From the IMG/VR virus record IMGVR_UViG_3300015192_000001, positions 1 through 51,062 of that record: a stretch of DNA of 51,062 nt; one strand, 5' to 3'. The translations under genes were made by a program, and so were the position numbers. The DNA comes from a virus. Below are positions 9,355-18,784 of this stretch, piece by piece; the first letter of the stretch is position 1; every line of letters starts with the position of its first letter. Below the pieces are notes generated by a model, which was given only the letters and a program-made list of their open reading frames with translations, searched no databases and was not told the DNA's origin.

Positions 9355-11892
9355 CTAGTTGCCGTGTGTGACGCCAGTGGTATCTCCTGTGTAGCCACCG
9401 TTATCTGGCGGCGGAGGTTCGGTGTACCCCGGATCGATCATTGGAGGTGGGGCGTCATTCGAACTGAGGTTCAGGTTCATCTCGTTCTGACGCAGTTGAA
9501 GAGTCTTAAAGAGATTGTCGTAGTAGTTGGGAGCCTGAACACCAGGTTGTCCCCCTCCTGCAGCTTCGATTTCTGCAATGCGTGCGTCTAGCGGTGGTAT
9601 TGTTGAAGCTCCACTTGTGAGACTTCCGCCACGTCCAGCCTCCATTGCCTGGAGTGTGGCGAGCTGGGTACCCTCTGGGTCAGATGCGCCCCATTTACTG
9701 TAGGCACCCCAGAGGCCGCCAGCTGCATTTCCGACAAAATTGCCGATTGCATCGCCCCAGGTACCAGCGATTGGCTCAGCAGCGGGCTTCGGTGTGCCTT
9801 GGTCGATGACGCTATCACCGAGGACTCCGCTACGCCCTGCAAGATATGCATCGTCCCAGTGTTTGTTGTCTGGGATCTTTTGTGGATGAGCACTATCAAA
9901 TGCAGCTCGACGTGCTTCATTTTCATTGTCGGCCTTGTTTGCGGCCACGTATCCTGGACTGAAACCAGTTTGTGAACCGTACATACCGAATAGGTTTGCA
10001 CGTGCTTGAAGCACCATGTTGAGACTATCCACACCAGTCTGGCGGAATGTCTCATCGTTGGCTCGGGTGATCTGGCGGATTGGGCCTGAGAGGTCCTCTA
10101 CCTGCTTGGAGAAGTCATCTGCAGATTTGCCTAGCTCGCCCTTCCGGAGCGGGAGTGAGCCAGGTCCAGATCCACCATTGCCGAAGACAGTGACGGTGTC
10201 ATGGAAACCTTCAATGCCCGCACGCTCCAGTGCAGACCGTACTTCATCGGGACTATTGAGAAGCATTTGCTCAACAAGAGAACGCGCCTCGCCCTGAGAT
10301 TTTGGTTGATGGTCTATTGGCAGTTTGCCAAAGAGGAGGTCTATACCACGAACTTCAATGGGGTTACCGGCAGCATCCTTAGTCTTGACTTTCTGGAAGA
10401 GTTCCTGAGTACGGTTATCGACGAAGTCGCGCCACATCAGTCCCTTTGGACTGTTGGTAATGTCCTTGTAATCCTGAGTCATCTTCTGGGATCCAAGTTC
10501 AATCGCAGCTAGGCGGTCCTTCTGTGACATGTACGGGTTGCTGCTGAGAGTCTGGATAAGGAATTTGGCACTCTCACCGTACTTACCCGTGTTCTCGCCG
10601 GTCTGGGGATTGATGTGTTCCTTGTCAATGTTGTTAGCTGTCTGTGTTCCAAGAAGGAACAGTGAACGCGAGAGAGTAGCGTCCTGGGCCACTGCCTTAT
10701 CCAGGTAGTGCCTTGCCCACTGCTGATCGGGATCGATTTCCGAAGCGTGCTCGAGGGCAGAGCGGAAGGTTGTGTTGGCAGCGATGTATTGCTCTGCCAG
10801 ACGTTGGTACTCGGTCCCCGACTTTGACTGGGGAGCGTACTTGTCAATGGCAGCAGCGGCCTTGGTGTGATCAGATTCAGAGTCGGCCACGATGGCCTTC
10901 ATCGAGTCATGGAGACGAGTCACTGAGGATTGAGCGCTACTGGCGCCAGATCTAGCAGCGGCTGCATCCTTCGCCTGGATCTGTCCGACGAGTCCGAGAA
11001 TGCCCTTCTGGGCTGCCGCGTCATTGGTGCCAGCGCGAATACCGAGAAGACGTTGGGCTGCTGTAGCACCGTTAATGTTGCCGGCCTCGTACTCGGCACG
11101 GACGTCGTCTGCTGACTTGAGGATCTCGTTGGACTCAAAGGACTTGAGTTGTCCTCGGAGAGTAGTTGCTTCCCTACTGTCAACCGATCTGCTAATACGA
11201 CTGTTCAGGTAGTCGCGGTATTCCTTCGGAGGTAGTGTGCCTGCGGAATATGCAGCCGACTGCATCTGGTCTCCGACCTTGTTCTCATTGGTCTGAGCTG
11301 ATGCAATGTAGCCGTTGAGTTTGGTGAGGTCTCCCCCATCCTTGGCTCGTTGTGCGGCATAGGTCTGAAACTGATCGAAACCAGAGAGACCGTTCTGGTA
11401 GGAGCCGTACTGTTTGGTGTCTTCGTTGTTACGGGCCATCGACATGAGTTCATTCATGTGCGACAAGTCCCCGCCGTCCTTCTTACGAGAGTCGGCGTAC
11501 TTCTGGAAGTCTGAGAGTGTCATGCCCTCGGACTTGTATGTGTTGAACTGTGTCGTATCCATGTTCCGAACAGCTGTGCGGCCAATCTGGTCGATCGTGC
11601 TGGTGTGGTCAGGGAAGGCTTCCTTCTCCTTAGCCAGGGCGGCATTGAATTCCTTCAATGTGATCGATCGATCGGTAAGCTGTTGAGCAAGGTCAGCGAC
11701 TGTGTTCTGTTCTTTTGCCCAGGTCTCGGCCTTGGCCTGCTTTTCCTGCTCCTGCTTGTAGCGGAGCTGAGACTCGTTGTACCGAGTGTCCTGTTCCTGG
11801 GCCATCTTGTCGGCCTTAAGGTCAGCGACCAGCGTAGATCGGCTTCCCGACATCCCGAGAGCGATAGTCGGCCTGCGGCGGAATGTAGCCAA
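9355..11892 (-). CDS. Large coiled-coil-rich protein, 845 aa, function unknown (portal-adjacent)
   Basis: Uninterrupted ORF directly after the portal gene. Charged helical N-terminus and Pro/Gly-rich C-terminus. Confidence 0.6.
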   Translation of the reverse strand: MATFRRRPTIALGMSGSRSTLVADLKADKMAQEQDTRYNESQLRYKQEQEKQAKAETWAKEQNTVADLAQQLTDRSITLKEFNAALAKEKEAFPDHTSTIDQIGRTAVRNMDTTQFNTYKSEGMTLSDFQKYADSRKKDGGDLSHMNELMSMARNNEDTKQYGSYQNGLSGFDQFQTYAAQRAKDGGDLTKLNGYIASAQTNENKVGDQMQSAAYSAGTLPPKEYRDYLNSRISRSVDSREATTLRGQLKSFESNEILKSADDVRAEYEAGNINGATAAQRLLGIRAGTNDAAAQKGILGLVGQIQAKDAAAARSGASSAQSSVTRLHDSMKAIVADSESDHTKAAAAIDKYAPQSKSGTEYQRLAEQYIAANTTFRSALEHASEIDPDQQWARHYLDKAVAQDATLSRSLFLLGTQTANNIDKEHINPQTGENTGKYGESAKFLIQTLSSNPYMSQKDRLAAIELGSQKMTQDYKDITNSPKGLMWRDFVDNRTQELFQKVKTKDAAGNPIEVRGIDLLFGKLPIDHQPKSQGEARSLVEQMLLNSPDEVRSALERAGIEGFHDTVTVFGNGGSGPGSLPLRKGELGKSADDFSKQVEDLSGPIRQITRANDETFRQTGVDSLNMVLQARANLFGMYGSQTGFSPGYVAANKADNENEARRAAFDSAHPQKIPDNKHWDDAYLAGRSGVLGDSVIDQGTPKPAAEPIAGTWGDAIGNFVGNAAGGLWGAYSKWGASDPEGTQLATLQAMEAGRGGSLTSGASTIPPLDARIAEIEAAGGGQPGVQAPNYYDNLFKTLQLRQNEMNLNLSSNDAPPPMIDPGYTEPPPPDNGGYTGDTTGVTHGN

Positions 11893-11896
11893 CTAC

Positions 11897-13708
11897 TTAT
11901 ACCTCGCTTGGATTCATAAACGGCGGGTGGATCGCGACTGGACTAGTAATTGAGGGACCTACGCCCATGAGTTGGGCGGCGGTATCCCGCATGGGTCCTA
12001 CATGATTTCCTGGCATGGTGTGTTGGTTCTGTCCGGCGTTCCCCGGCATAGCCTTGTCAGAGCCTGCCTGTGCCTGTTGGGCTGCGGCTTGGTTACTGCC
12101 ATTCGCAATGGCATCCATCTGGCCCTGTACGGAAACGATCGCCCCGGCTGTGCCGGGTGAAAGCTTCGGGTCGGCGTTCCACTCACCGATGTAGGTCTCT
12201 TCGTCTTCTGGAACCTTGTTGATCTCTTCCATCGCGCTGCGACGAGAGAGCATGCCTGACGAGATGGCCTGGCTGAGTGAGTTGACTGTGGCGGCGAAGT
12301 CACGAGGAGTAACGGCCGTGAAGTCGATCTTGGTGAAGTAGTTGCCCTGGATGAGTTCCTTGGTGTCTGGCTCAACGATTTCCATGTTCTTGAGCGTCAG
12401 TTCGGCCCAGCGCTGGTAGAGCGTGCCCATGCGAACCTCGCGTGGGCCAAGGCGTGTGACGACAGACTGGAACCGGATGGCCATGGCATACCCGGAGGAA
12501 GTGGTGGGAACACCACCCCCGCCGAGGACCTCAGGCGGAATGCCCGTTGTGCGTCGATACTCGTCGTAGAGATGAGTCAGCAACTCGCCGTATCCGATGT
12601 TGTCCACCGGGTACTTGAGAGGCATGACGTCTTCGTCTTCCTTCGAGCCGAGCGGGAACACCCGGCCACCGCCGGGGAGGTCCCGCGGCGACAGGCCGCG
12701 GACATTGAAGGTCTTCCACTGGTCCTGGCCGTTACGGCGAACCGCTTCGGCCCAGTCGGTGATCCGAGTTGAGATCTCCTTCTGGAACATGACCGTGGGC
12801 TCTGCGTCACCGATACCGAACGGGTTCCCTGGCTCGGTGTCGCAGTTGATCGGGATATACGGGAAGTCCGGTAGCTTGGTGACTTTCTCTTCAACCTGCT
12901 GGCCGTTGCCGAGGAACAGACTGTTGACGACCTTCCCTGCAGTGTTCTTGTAGTGGAAGTCGATTAGTGGAACCCCGACGAACTGCTGACGACCAGACAG
13001 CGTCTTGTTCGGACGTGTGGCTAGTCCGAGGAAGTTCTGGTGGTCGGCGTACTGGGGGGCGTTGCCGTCCTTCTTGCGAAGGGCGTCGTACATCGTGGTA
13101 GCCCCGGTGCCATTCCAGCTGTAGTCATCACGCGCCTGCTCGGGCGAGATGAGAGAGTGGTAGGTATAGGAGCGAACACGCTTGTAACTGTCATCGGCCC
13201 ACTCGGTCCAGAGGTTCTCGATGTTGTCGATGTTCTCGGTCCAGAGCTCAGTTCCGTCGTAGCCAACCTTGAGAGCAGCTCGGCCCTTGAGGGAAAGGAC
13301 CTTAGCCATGTCCAGGTGGACCTCTTTGAGGTTCTGGCGCTGCGATTCATACTTCAGCAGTAGCTCAGTGCGTTCCGCATCGTTGCGGTCCTTCTCGTCA
13401 GCGCTCTTCGGCTCCATCTTGATGATCGGAGCTCGCATGCCCATGAGAGCAGACATGACGTTGACGGTGAACCAGACGAGGGGCACAGGCACATAGGCCT
13501 GCTTCTCACGCTTCTCGCGGAAGAAGTGGTCCCAACCATAGAGTGGGTTGTAGGCTGGGTGGTACTCGCGGTGCAGTTGGTCAACGACCTGCCGATAAGC
13601 AGAGGCATGTGGCCAGGCTCGACGCAAGTGGATCTGCAAACGCTGCAGCGGAGTGTCGAGTTCCGTCTGCGGAATGTTGAATTCAGAGCTCAATAGATGC
13701 TTTCCCAC
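11897..13708 (-). CDS. Portal protein candidate, 603 aa
   Basis: GTG start overlapping the terL 3' end by 19 nt. Size and position are typical of a portal. No motif-level proof. Confidence 0.65.
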   Translation of the reverse strand: MGKHLLSSEFNIPQTELDTPLQRLQIHLRRAWPHASAYRQVVDQLHREYHPAYNPLYGWDHFFREKREKQAYVPVPLVWFTVNVMSALMGMRAPIIKMEPKSADEKDRNDAERTELLLKYESQRQNLKEVHLDMAKVLSLKGRAALKVGYDGTELWTENIDNIENLWTEWADDSYKRVRSYTYHSLISPEQARDDYSWNGTGATTMYDALRKKDGNAPQYADHQNFLGLATRPNKTLSGRQQFVGVPLIDFHYKNTAGKVVNSLFLGNGQQVEEKVTKLPDFPYIPINCDTEPGNPFGIGDAEPTVMFQKEISTRITDWAEAVRRNGQDQWKTFNVRGLSPRDLPGGGRVFPLGSKEDEDVMPLKYPVDNIGYGELLTHLYDEYRRTTGIPPEVLGGGGVPTTSSGYAMAIRFQSVVTRLGPREVRMGTLYQRWAELTLKNMEIVEPDTKELIQGNYFTKIDFTAVTPRDFAATVNSLSQAISSGMLSRRSAMEEINKVPEDEETYIGEWNADPKLSPGTAGAIVSVQGQMDAIANGSNQAAAQQAQAGSDKAMPGNAGQNQHTMPGNHVGPMRDTAAQLMGVGPSITSPVAIHPPFMNPSEV

Positions 13709-15159
13709 TCACCGATCTCATCAGGAGTGACTGACCGCTCGGCCATGTAGGCCGCGAGCGCCATTGCCATTACCGAATCGGTGTCGATCTTTGCGTCGGC
13801 TCGCTTGTAGTCTTTAAGTTCCTGTTTCATGGCGAGGAACTCCCCGGGGATCTGGAGCTGGCCCTTGTCGAGCAGCAGCCGCAGGGTAGTGAGGATGTCG
13901 AGCTTCTTCTTGGTCTGTCCCCCGAAGTCGTAGCCTCGAGGTCGCGGGTAGAGCGTCGACATTTCGGTCTTGAACATCTTTCCGCCAAGACCAGTGGAGT
14001 CATAGACGAGAACGGCATCTGCCTTCTGCAGGGTGCCAACCTCGAACCATTCAGAGTTGTAGTACTCAAGGAGTCGCTTCATCTCGGCAATGAGTTCGGG
14101 ATGAGCGGTTCCCCGTTTGGGTTCCACAACCTCGAGCACCCTGAAGGGGCGCTTGGTCGCGTCCCAGACGCAGAAGACGGAGCGATCGCCAGCCTTGGCA
14201 ACCGCGAGGTCACATCCGATGATGTAGAAGTGCCCGTTCTCATGGAGATGGGCTGACTTCATGCTCGCCAGGAAGGACTTCTCGATTCCCGGCCGGGGGA
14301 AGAAGGCCTCGCTACCCTGGACGAACTCGCCGTACAAGACCTGTGGTATTAGATAGTCTGGTGTGCCTGCTATAAGCTTCTGGATCTGCTCTTCAGTAAC
14401 GAATGGGTTCTCGCGGATGTTTCCACGTGTTGAGTAGAAGAGCGGATCTGCGAAGAAGTTGTCGGGGTCGCCCTTCTTCCACCACTCCTCGTAGTCGGTG
14501 CCTGTGTCTACGTCCGGCGTCGTTGCCGTGCAGATCACTCCACCCGTGTCGAGGGTGCGGGGGTTGATGTGCGCCCCCATCAGGTTGAGGAAGTTCTTCT
14601 GGCGCCCAGCTTCATCAAAGGTGATGAGGAACTTGGGTGTACCCTGGACAGCCTTGGCGTTGTCGTCGGTAGTGCGGTACTCGAGGGTTACATGGGTGAC
14701 CTTTGTGCGGAAGCCTTTGTAGTCCCCGAAGGTGACCAGGTACCCGCCTTTGTCGTTCTGCTCGAATAGCGCTCCGAGTATGCAGCGCCCGCGCCCCGCG
14801 GGGTTGTTGATCTGCTCCTTGGCCTCGCTCTTGAGAATGTTGTCCACCATGTCGCGCAAGACATTGGCGAGATCAACGAGTGGGCAGAGGTTGATGATGC
14901 CGTATGGGTGAGTCCAGAAGTCATCGCCCTCAATGTAGAGGCCGTGCTTGTAGGCTGCGAAGAACAGATGGATTACAGCAAGGCATACTGTCTTGCCCCA
15001 GCGGTTTGACGCTGTGAGGTTGATGTACTTCTTGATGATGTGACCGTCCGCGTCGAAGCAGATGGCTTTTCTAAGGAACCGTTCTTGACCCGGGTGCAGT
15101 TTGATGCCCAGGATGTGGCGAGAAAACCCAACCGGGTCATAACGGTATGTCTCAAGCAG
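13690..15159 (-). CDS. terL: Terminase large subunit, 489 aa if initiated at CTG 15157..15159. The track ORF 13690..14859 is N-terminally truncated.
   Basis: The track ORF contains Walker B LITFDEAG and nuclease motifs (IIGCDLAV, VYDSTGLGG, DTDSVMA). The same frame stays open upstream to the TAG at 15160..15162 and encodes LLETYRYDPVGFSRHILGIKLHPGQERFLRKAICFD...LTASNRWGKTVCLAV, with Walker A at about 14989..15006. There is no ATG/GTG/TTG in those 100 codons. Confidence 0.85.
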   Translation of the reverse strand: MLETYRYDPVGFSRHILGIKLHPGQERFLRKAICFDADGHIIKKYINLTASNRWGKTVCLAVIHLFFAAYKHGLYIEGDDFWTHPYGIINLCPLVDLANVLRDMVDNILKSEAKEQINNPAGRGRCILGALFEQNDKGGYLVTFGDYKGFRTKVTHVTLEYRTTDDNAKAVQGTPKFLITFDEAGRQKNFLNLMGAHINPRTLDTGGVICTATTPDVDTGTDYEEWWKKGDPDNFFADPLFYSTRGNIRENPFVTEEQIQKLIAGTPDYLIPQVLYGEFVQGSEAFFPRPGIEKSFLASMKSAHLHENGHFYIIGCDLAVAKAGDRSVFCVWDATKRPFRVLEVVEPKRGTAHPELIAEMKRLLEYYNSEWFEVGTLQKADAVLVYDSTGLGGKMFKTEMSTLYPRPRGYDFGGQTKKKLDILTTLRLLLDKGQLQIPGEFLAMKQELKDYKRADAKIDTDSVMAMALAAYMAERSVTPDEIGEWESIY

Positions 15160-17841
15160 CTAAGTTTTGATCTGGATCTTCACGTCGTCGATCGACGTAA
15201 TGGTCCCGATCTTGCCTTCTGTCTCGAAGGTCCAGCCGCCGGCAGCATCTCCAACGGTTGTTTGATAGGTGTACTGCCAGACCCCGAGTGATATCTTGGT
15301 CATCGCACCGCCGCTCACGGCTCGTACGAATCCAGCGACATAGCCTCCGGTGGGGTTCTTGACATATAGCTTTGCAGTACCAACGTCAGGGTCGATAAGA
15401 CCACCGTTGGAATCTGTAAAGGTTGTCTCGATAATGATGGCGGTGCCAGCTTTGTATGCCAACTCTTGTGGACCCACAATCCTTGATCGCATGACCAAGT
15501 AGCTTTTGTTAATAGTGAGATCGTCCATCCAGCCTTTGCCTCGGATCTTCACTGTGCTGAACAGGAATTCCCTGACTTGCTGGTAGAACTGGATGTATCT
15601 CTGAATAGTGTGTGTACCGGTAAATGAGAGGCTGGCAACGAAGTTCTTCACGTAGACGATCGGCAAGCCGACCCTCTGGACGGTGATGTTCCCGATGAGG
15701 GGCAATGCAGCTGTGAATGTCCGGAAGAATTGACGGAGCCTAGAGAATGTGCCAGTGAATGACAGGACTCCAGCCATATTTCTGAAGTAGGCTTTGCCTG
15801 CAGAAAAGGCCCCAGAGAAGGACAGAGTTCCGGCGAGACTGCGAAGAATAGTGGCGGATCTAGTCCATGTACCAGTGAAGGTGAGGACGCTGGGGAAGCT
15901 CCGGAGGAACGTCCCAACGCGTGACCATGTCCCCGTGAATGAGAGCACACCAGCAAAGGCTCTTAAGAAGATCTTTATCCCGGTGTGAGTTCCCGTGAAG
16001 GACAGGACTGCGGTCTGTGTCCTCTGGAAGATGCCTACACGCGACCAAGAACCAGCGAACGAGAGGACGCCTGCCAGTGCTTGTGCGAAGGGGAAGGATG
16101 CTGGGCGTAGCGCGATTGAGAGTGCGAACCATCCTCCTGCGACATCCGTCGTTGAGGTTGCTGATCCTGTCGCTCCGGCAGGAGTAATGAGTTTGTGGTC
16201 TACCCTCATTACACGCCCGACGCTACCGAATGTCGGAACGTCGTTTGTATAGCCAGTTGGCAGGGTAAGAGTGGTTCCGTTAACGTCCGAAGCAAAGACA
16301 CCGATGTGCCAAGCATTGTCGCTGACTGTCGTAATTGACGGTGCGGTCACCGAGGTAGTCGTACCTATCGAACTCGCTGGAGTCACATCTATCGGAGTAG
16401 CGTTATCTACTCCACTATATGCCGAGACGAACGCATCGACAACACCGTTAGTTGGACCACTGAAAACGAAACTTGCGCCTTCGCTGCTGGCGATGCGGCG
16501 CAGTGTAGTGAATCGGTTGAAAACCCCGGGCGTAAAGTCAACTTCGGTCCAGCCGGTGAGGGTGGCGTGTGGAGGTGAATCGTTCGCTGTAATCGTGGCA
16601 ATTAGAACATCGCCATCGACCACTCCGGTCGGCTTGGTGACTGTGATGGTAGTAGCGCCGTTCGTAAGGTCTGTGTTCGACGAGGCCCTGAAGACGATTG
16701 CTCGCTTCTTCGTCAAGGTTCCAGCGAATGATAGTGCGGCGGTCAGGACCTTCTTCGGGTTCTTGATGATCGAACCGGCGAACGTCAGACCCCCAGTGAG
16801 GCTCCTTGCGAACGTCGCAGCGCGGGTCCAGGTTCCGGTAAACGACAGGACCCCGGCCAGGCTGCGGAAGTAGGCCTTGCCAACAGCGAAGGCTCCAGTG
16901 AAGGATAACGTGGCGGCTAGTGGTCTTAGCATTGTTGCGGCTCTTGACCATGTGCCGGTAAAGGACAGACCGCCTGTGAGTGTTCGTAGAACCGTAGCTA
17001 CTCGTGTCCAGTTGCCGATAAATGACAGTACCCCAGCTAGGACTCTAAGGAAGATACCTACCCGAGAGAAGGACCCTACAAAGGACAGTCCACCCGAAAG
17101 TGCTTGAGTGAAGGTCGATGGCCCCGCGCTTCCTGTACCAAATCGTGGTGTCGGTTGGCGATAGAAGAACCGCATCGCCTGCGGGCCAACGTATTTGTTA
17201 GCAATTCGAATGATTGGTAGGGCTGCGTTGGCCACAACTGCTGTAGCGAATACTTCAGCCGCGACGATGGCCCAGGTCGAGGTCGCCCCCGTCCAGTTCA
17301 TCGTGATCGTGCCGCCAGAGGAAGCCTTGCGTTGCGAGCCGCCCGACTCTCCGGCGATGGCGAGGGCGTGGTGGAGGGTGCCGGTTTCGGTAAGGATGGT
17401 GCCCGCGCCCTCGGCCCAGGAGTCCACCACGATGTTGCCGGTGGTCGTGCCGGTGACATCGACGGTCGGTTCGCCCGATGCTCCGCTGGCGGTGACGCCA
17501 GTGCCGAACGGGGTGGTCTGATCGACTCCGGTGAACGACTGACCGCCGCCGATGGCCGAACCAACCGTCCCGACGAAGGTGACGGTGATGGTGTTCGCGC
17601 CGGTGGCGGGGTTCTTCAGTCCCCACAGGGACGAGTTATCGAACGCGGCGCCGGTGACCTCGGCCAGCCGGGTCAGCGCCACGCCGTTGTAGGTCACGGT
17701 CGATACGCGGTTCCCGGAGGCACCGTCGTAGGAACCGACATCGACGACCAGGGCGAGGTTCGACCCGGTGCAGGTGTGTGACCAGGAAAGCGTCGCGCCG
17801 CTGCCAGTGGCGCTGGTCTTTACGTCGAGAGCGATGGCCAC
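15160..17841 (-). CDS. 893-aa fibre or receptor-binding-like structural protein. It has a duplicated module, each a globular domain followed by an array of 20-aa repeats.
   Basis: GTG start. Two paralogous about 190-aa domains, each followed by L-x-G-x-L-S-F-x-G-x-W-S/T-R-x-x-x-x-x-R repeats. Ig-like C-terminus. Ends on a TAG in frame with terL. Confidence 0.75.
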   Translation of the reverse strand: MAIALDVKTSATGSGATLSWSHTCTGSNLALVVDVGSYDGASGNRVSTVTYNGVALTRLAEVTGAAFDNSSLWGLKNPATGANTITVTFVGTVGSAIGGGQSFTGVDQTTPFGTGVTASGASGEPTVDVTGTTTGNIVVDSWAEGAGTILTETGTLHHALAIAGESGGSQRKASSGGTITMNWTGATSTWAIVAAEVFATAVVANAALPIIRIANKYVGPQAMRFFYRQPTPRFGTGSAGPSTFTQALSGGLSFVGSFSRVGIFLRVLAGVLSFIGNWTRVATVLRTLTGGLSFTGTWSRAATMLRPLAATLSFTGAFAVGKAYFRSLAGVLSFTGTWTRAATFARSLTGGLTFAGSIIKNPKKVLTAALSFAGTLTKKRAIVFRASSNTDLTNGATTITVTKPTGVVDGDVLIATITANDSPPHATLTGWTEVDFTPGVFNRFTTLRRIASSEGASFVFSGPTNGVVDAFVSAYSGVDNATPIDVTPASSIGTTTSVTAPSITTVSDNAWHIGVFASDVNGTTLTLPTGYTNDVPTFGSVGRVMRVDHKLITPAGATGSATSTTDVAGGWFALSIALRPASFPFAQALAGVLSFAGSWSRVGIFQRTQTAVLSFTGTHTGIKIFLRAFAGVLSFTGTWSRVGTFLRSFPSVLTFTGTWTRSATILRSLAGTLSFSGAFSAGKAYFRNMAGVLSFTGTFSRLRQFFRTFTAALPLIGNITVQRVGLPIVYVKNFVASLSFTGTHTIQRYIQFYQQVREFLFSTVKIRGKGWMDDLTINKSYLVMRSRIVGPQELAYKAGTAIIIETTFTDSNGGLIDPDVGTAKLYVKNPTGGYVAGFVRAVSGGAMTKISLGVWQYTYQTTVGDAAGGWTFETEGKIGTITSIDDVKIQIKT
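15592..16077 (-). repeat. Coding tandem repeat array 2, about 7-8 units of 60 bp (20 aa), with unit order parallel to array 1
   Basis: Residues 589-750: LAGVLSFAGSWSRVGIFQRT / QTAVLSFTGTHTGIKIFLRA / FAGVLSFTGTWSRVGTFLRS / FPSVLTFTGTWTRSATILRS / LAGTLSFSGAFSAGKAYFRN / MAGVLSFTGTFSRLRQFFRT ... Confidence 0.85.
16702..17100 (-). repeat. Coding tandem repeat array 1, about 6.5 units of 60 bp (20 aa)
   Basis: Residues 248-380: LSGGLSFVGSFSRVGIFLRV / LAGVLSFIGNWTRVATVLRT / LTGGLSFTGTWSRAATMLRP / LAATLSFTGAFAVGKAYFRS / LAGVLSFTGTWTRAATFARS ... Confidence 0.85.
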
Positions 17842-17842
17842 C

Positions 17843-18202
17843 TTAGGCCGTCGCTACATCGAGTCCGATGTTCACCTTACGCGAGAGGTTGGCGGTCACG
17901 CGGAAGAACGCGGGCTGGACGCCAGAGGTCGAGTAACTGACCGACGGCGGGACTAGTGTGCCCGCACGGTTGAGGATGTTGCCGTGCCATGTGCCCCCGC
18001 CAGCCATCAGCGACCAGGGGCCTGTCGTGGACGCTCCGCCCTCGATGGTCATTTGGATGGTGAGGGTCGCGTCCGCGAGGTCGGCTTGGTTCATGATCGC
18101 TGAGGTGATGTAGCGGGTGTCTGGGGCGAACGCACCACTCGCGACGGCGGCAGTGGCGACTAGACCTGGACCGCGTGGCGCTTGGGGAACAACGACGGCC
18201 AT
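17843..18202 (-). CDS. Hypothetical structural protein, 119 aa
   Basis: ORF tightly packed between neighbours (TAGATG upstream junction; its TAA is 1 nt from the next GTG). Confidence 0.65.
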   Translation of the reverse strand: MAVVVPQAPRGPGLVATAAVASGAFAPDTRYITSAIMNQADLADATLTIQMTIEGGASTTGPWSLMAGGGTWHGNILNRAGTLVPPSVSYSTSGVQPAFFRVTANLSRKVNIGLDVATA

Positions 18203-18781
18203 CTAGTTCAGTCCGTAGACGGACAGTGAGAGCAGCTGGATCGCGTTCGAGACGCTCGAGGTTCCACAGACTGCCGAGATGTTCACGTAGTTCGTGATTG
18301 AAATGTCCACTGTTGCGATGGTGCCCGGGGTCGCCCCGCCACCGAAGACTGATCCCTGTATCGTGAATGGTGCACCGGCCAGAAGGCCAAGGCCGCGCAT
18401 CGTCGAGTTGGCCCCTGCGCCCCCAAGAGTTTCCATGAAGGCATCGAGTTCCAGTTCAAAAAGCAGGTTGGCAATGCCAGATCCGGTCGTAAGTGCTGGG
18501 CTCTGTCCGATGATCGGTCCTGTGATCGCAGCTGCGCCGCCCAGTCGGGCAACGAGTTGGAAAGTTGGCGTAACAGTAGTTGAGATAATCCCACGAGCCA
18601 TGATCCGAATGCCTTTAGACAACGAGCCAGAGGGCAGGAAGAAGAACGGGGGGAGAATGGGCTGTGGGCCCATCCCCGCCACATCGTTGATCAATGCTTC
18701 GGCAGTGAATGTGTTCTTCGCCGTAGCAGGTTTGACGCTCTGGTAAATCAGCTCGCAGTTGGTGCCAGTGAGAAAGCTCAT
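18203..18781 (-). CDS. Hypothetical structural protein, 192 aa
   Basis: ORF in the fibre-gene block. Gly/Ala/Thr-rich beta-type composition. Confidence 0.65.
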   Translation of the reverse strand: MSFLTGTNCELIYQSVKPATAKNTFTAEALINDVAGMGPQPILPPFFFLPSGSLSKGIRIMARGIISTTVTPTFQLVARLGGAAAITGPIIGQSPALTTGSGIANLLFELELDAFMETLGGAGANSTMRGLGLLAGAPFTIQGSVFGGGATPGTIATVDISITNYVNISAVCGTSSVSNAIQLLSLSVYGLN

Positions 18782-18784
18782 CGA

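Noticed and set aside
15160-15162. Genome-wide reassignment of TAG to a sense codon, suggested by two ORFs that continue in frame after a TAG.
   Set aside because: At least ten well-supported genes end on TAG with the next gene's start immediately adjacent. Examples are TAGATG at 18200..18205 and the stops of the capsid, scaffold, 845-aa, lysis-region and plus-arm genes. No suppressor tRNA was found. At most, local readthrough or reinitiation is plausible.
15592-17100. Regular 60-bp repeats that might suggest a CRISPR array or a non-coding satellite.
   Set aside because: The repeats are in frame within one 893-aa ORF. They are contiguous, with no spacers, and are conserved at the amino-acid level rather than the nucleotide level.
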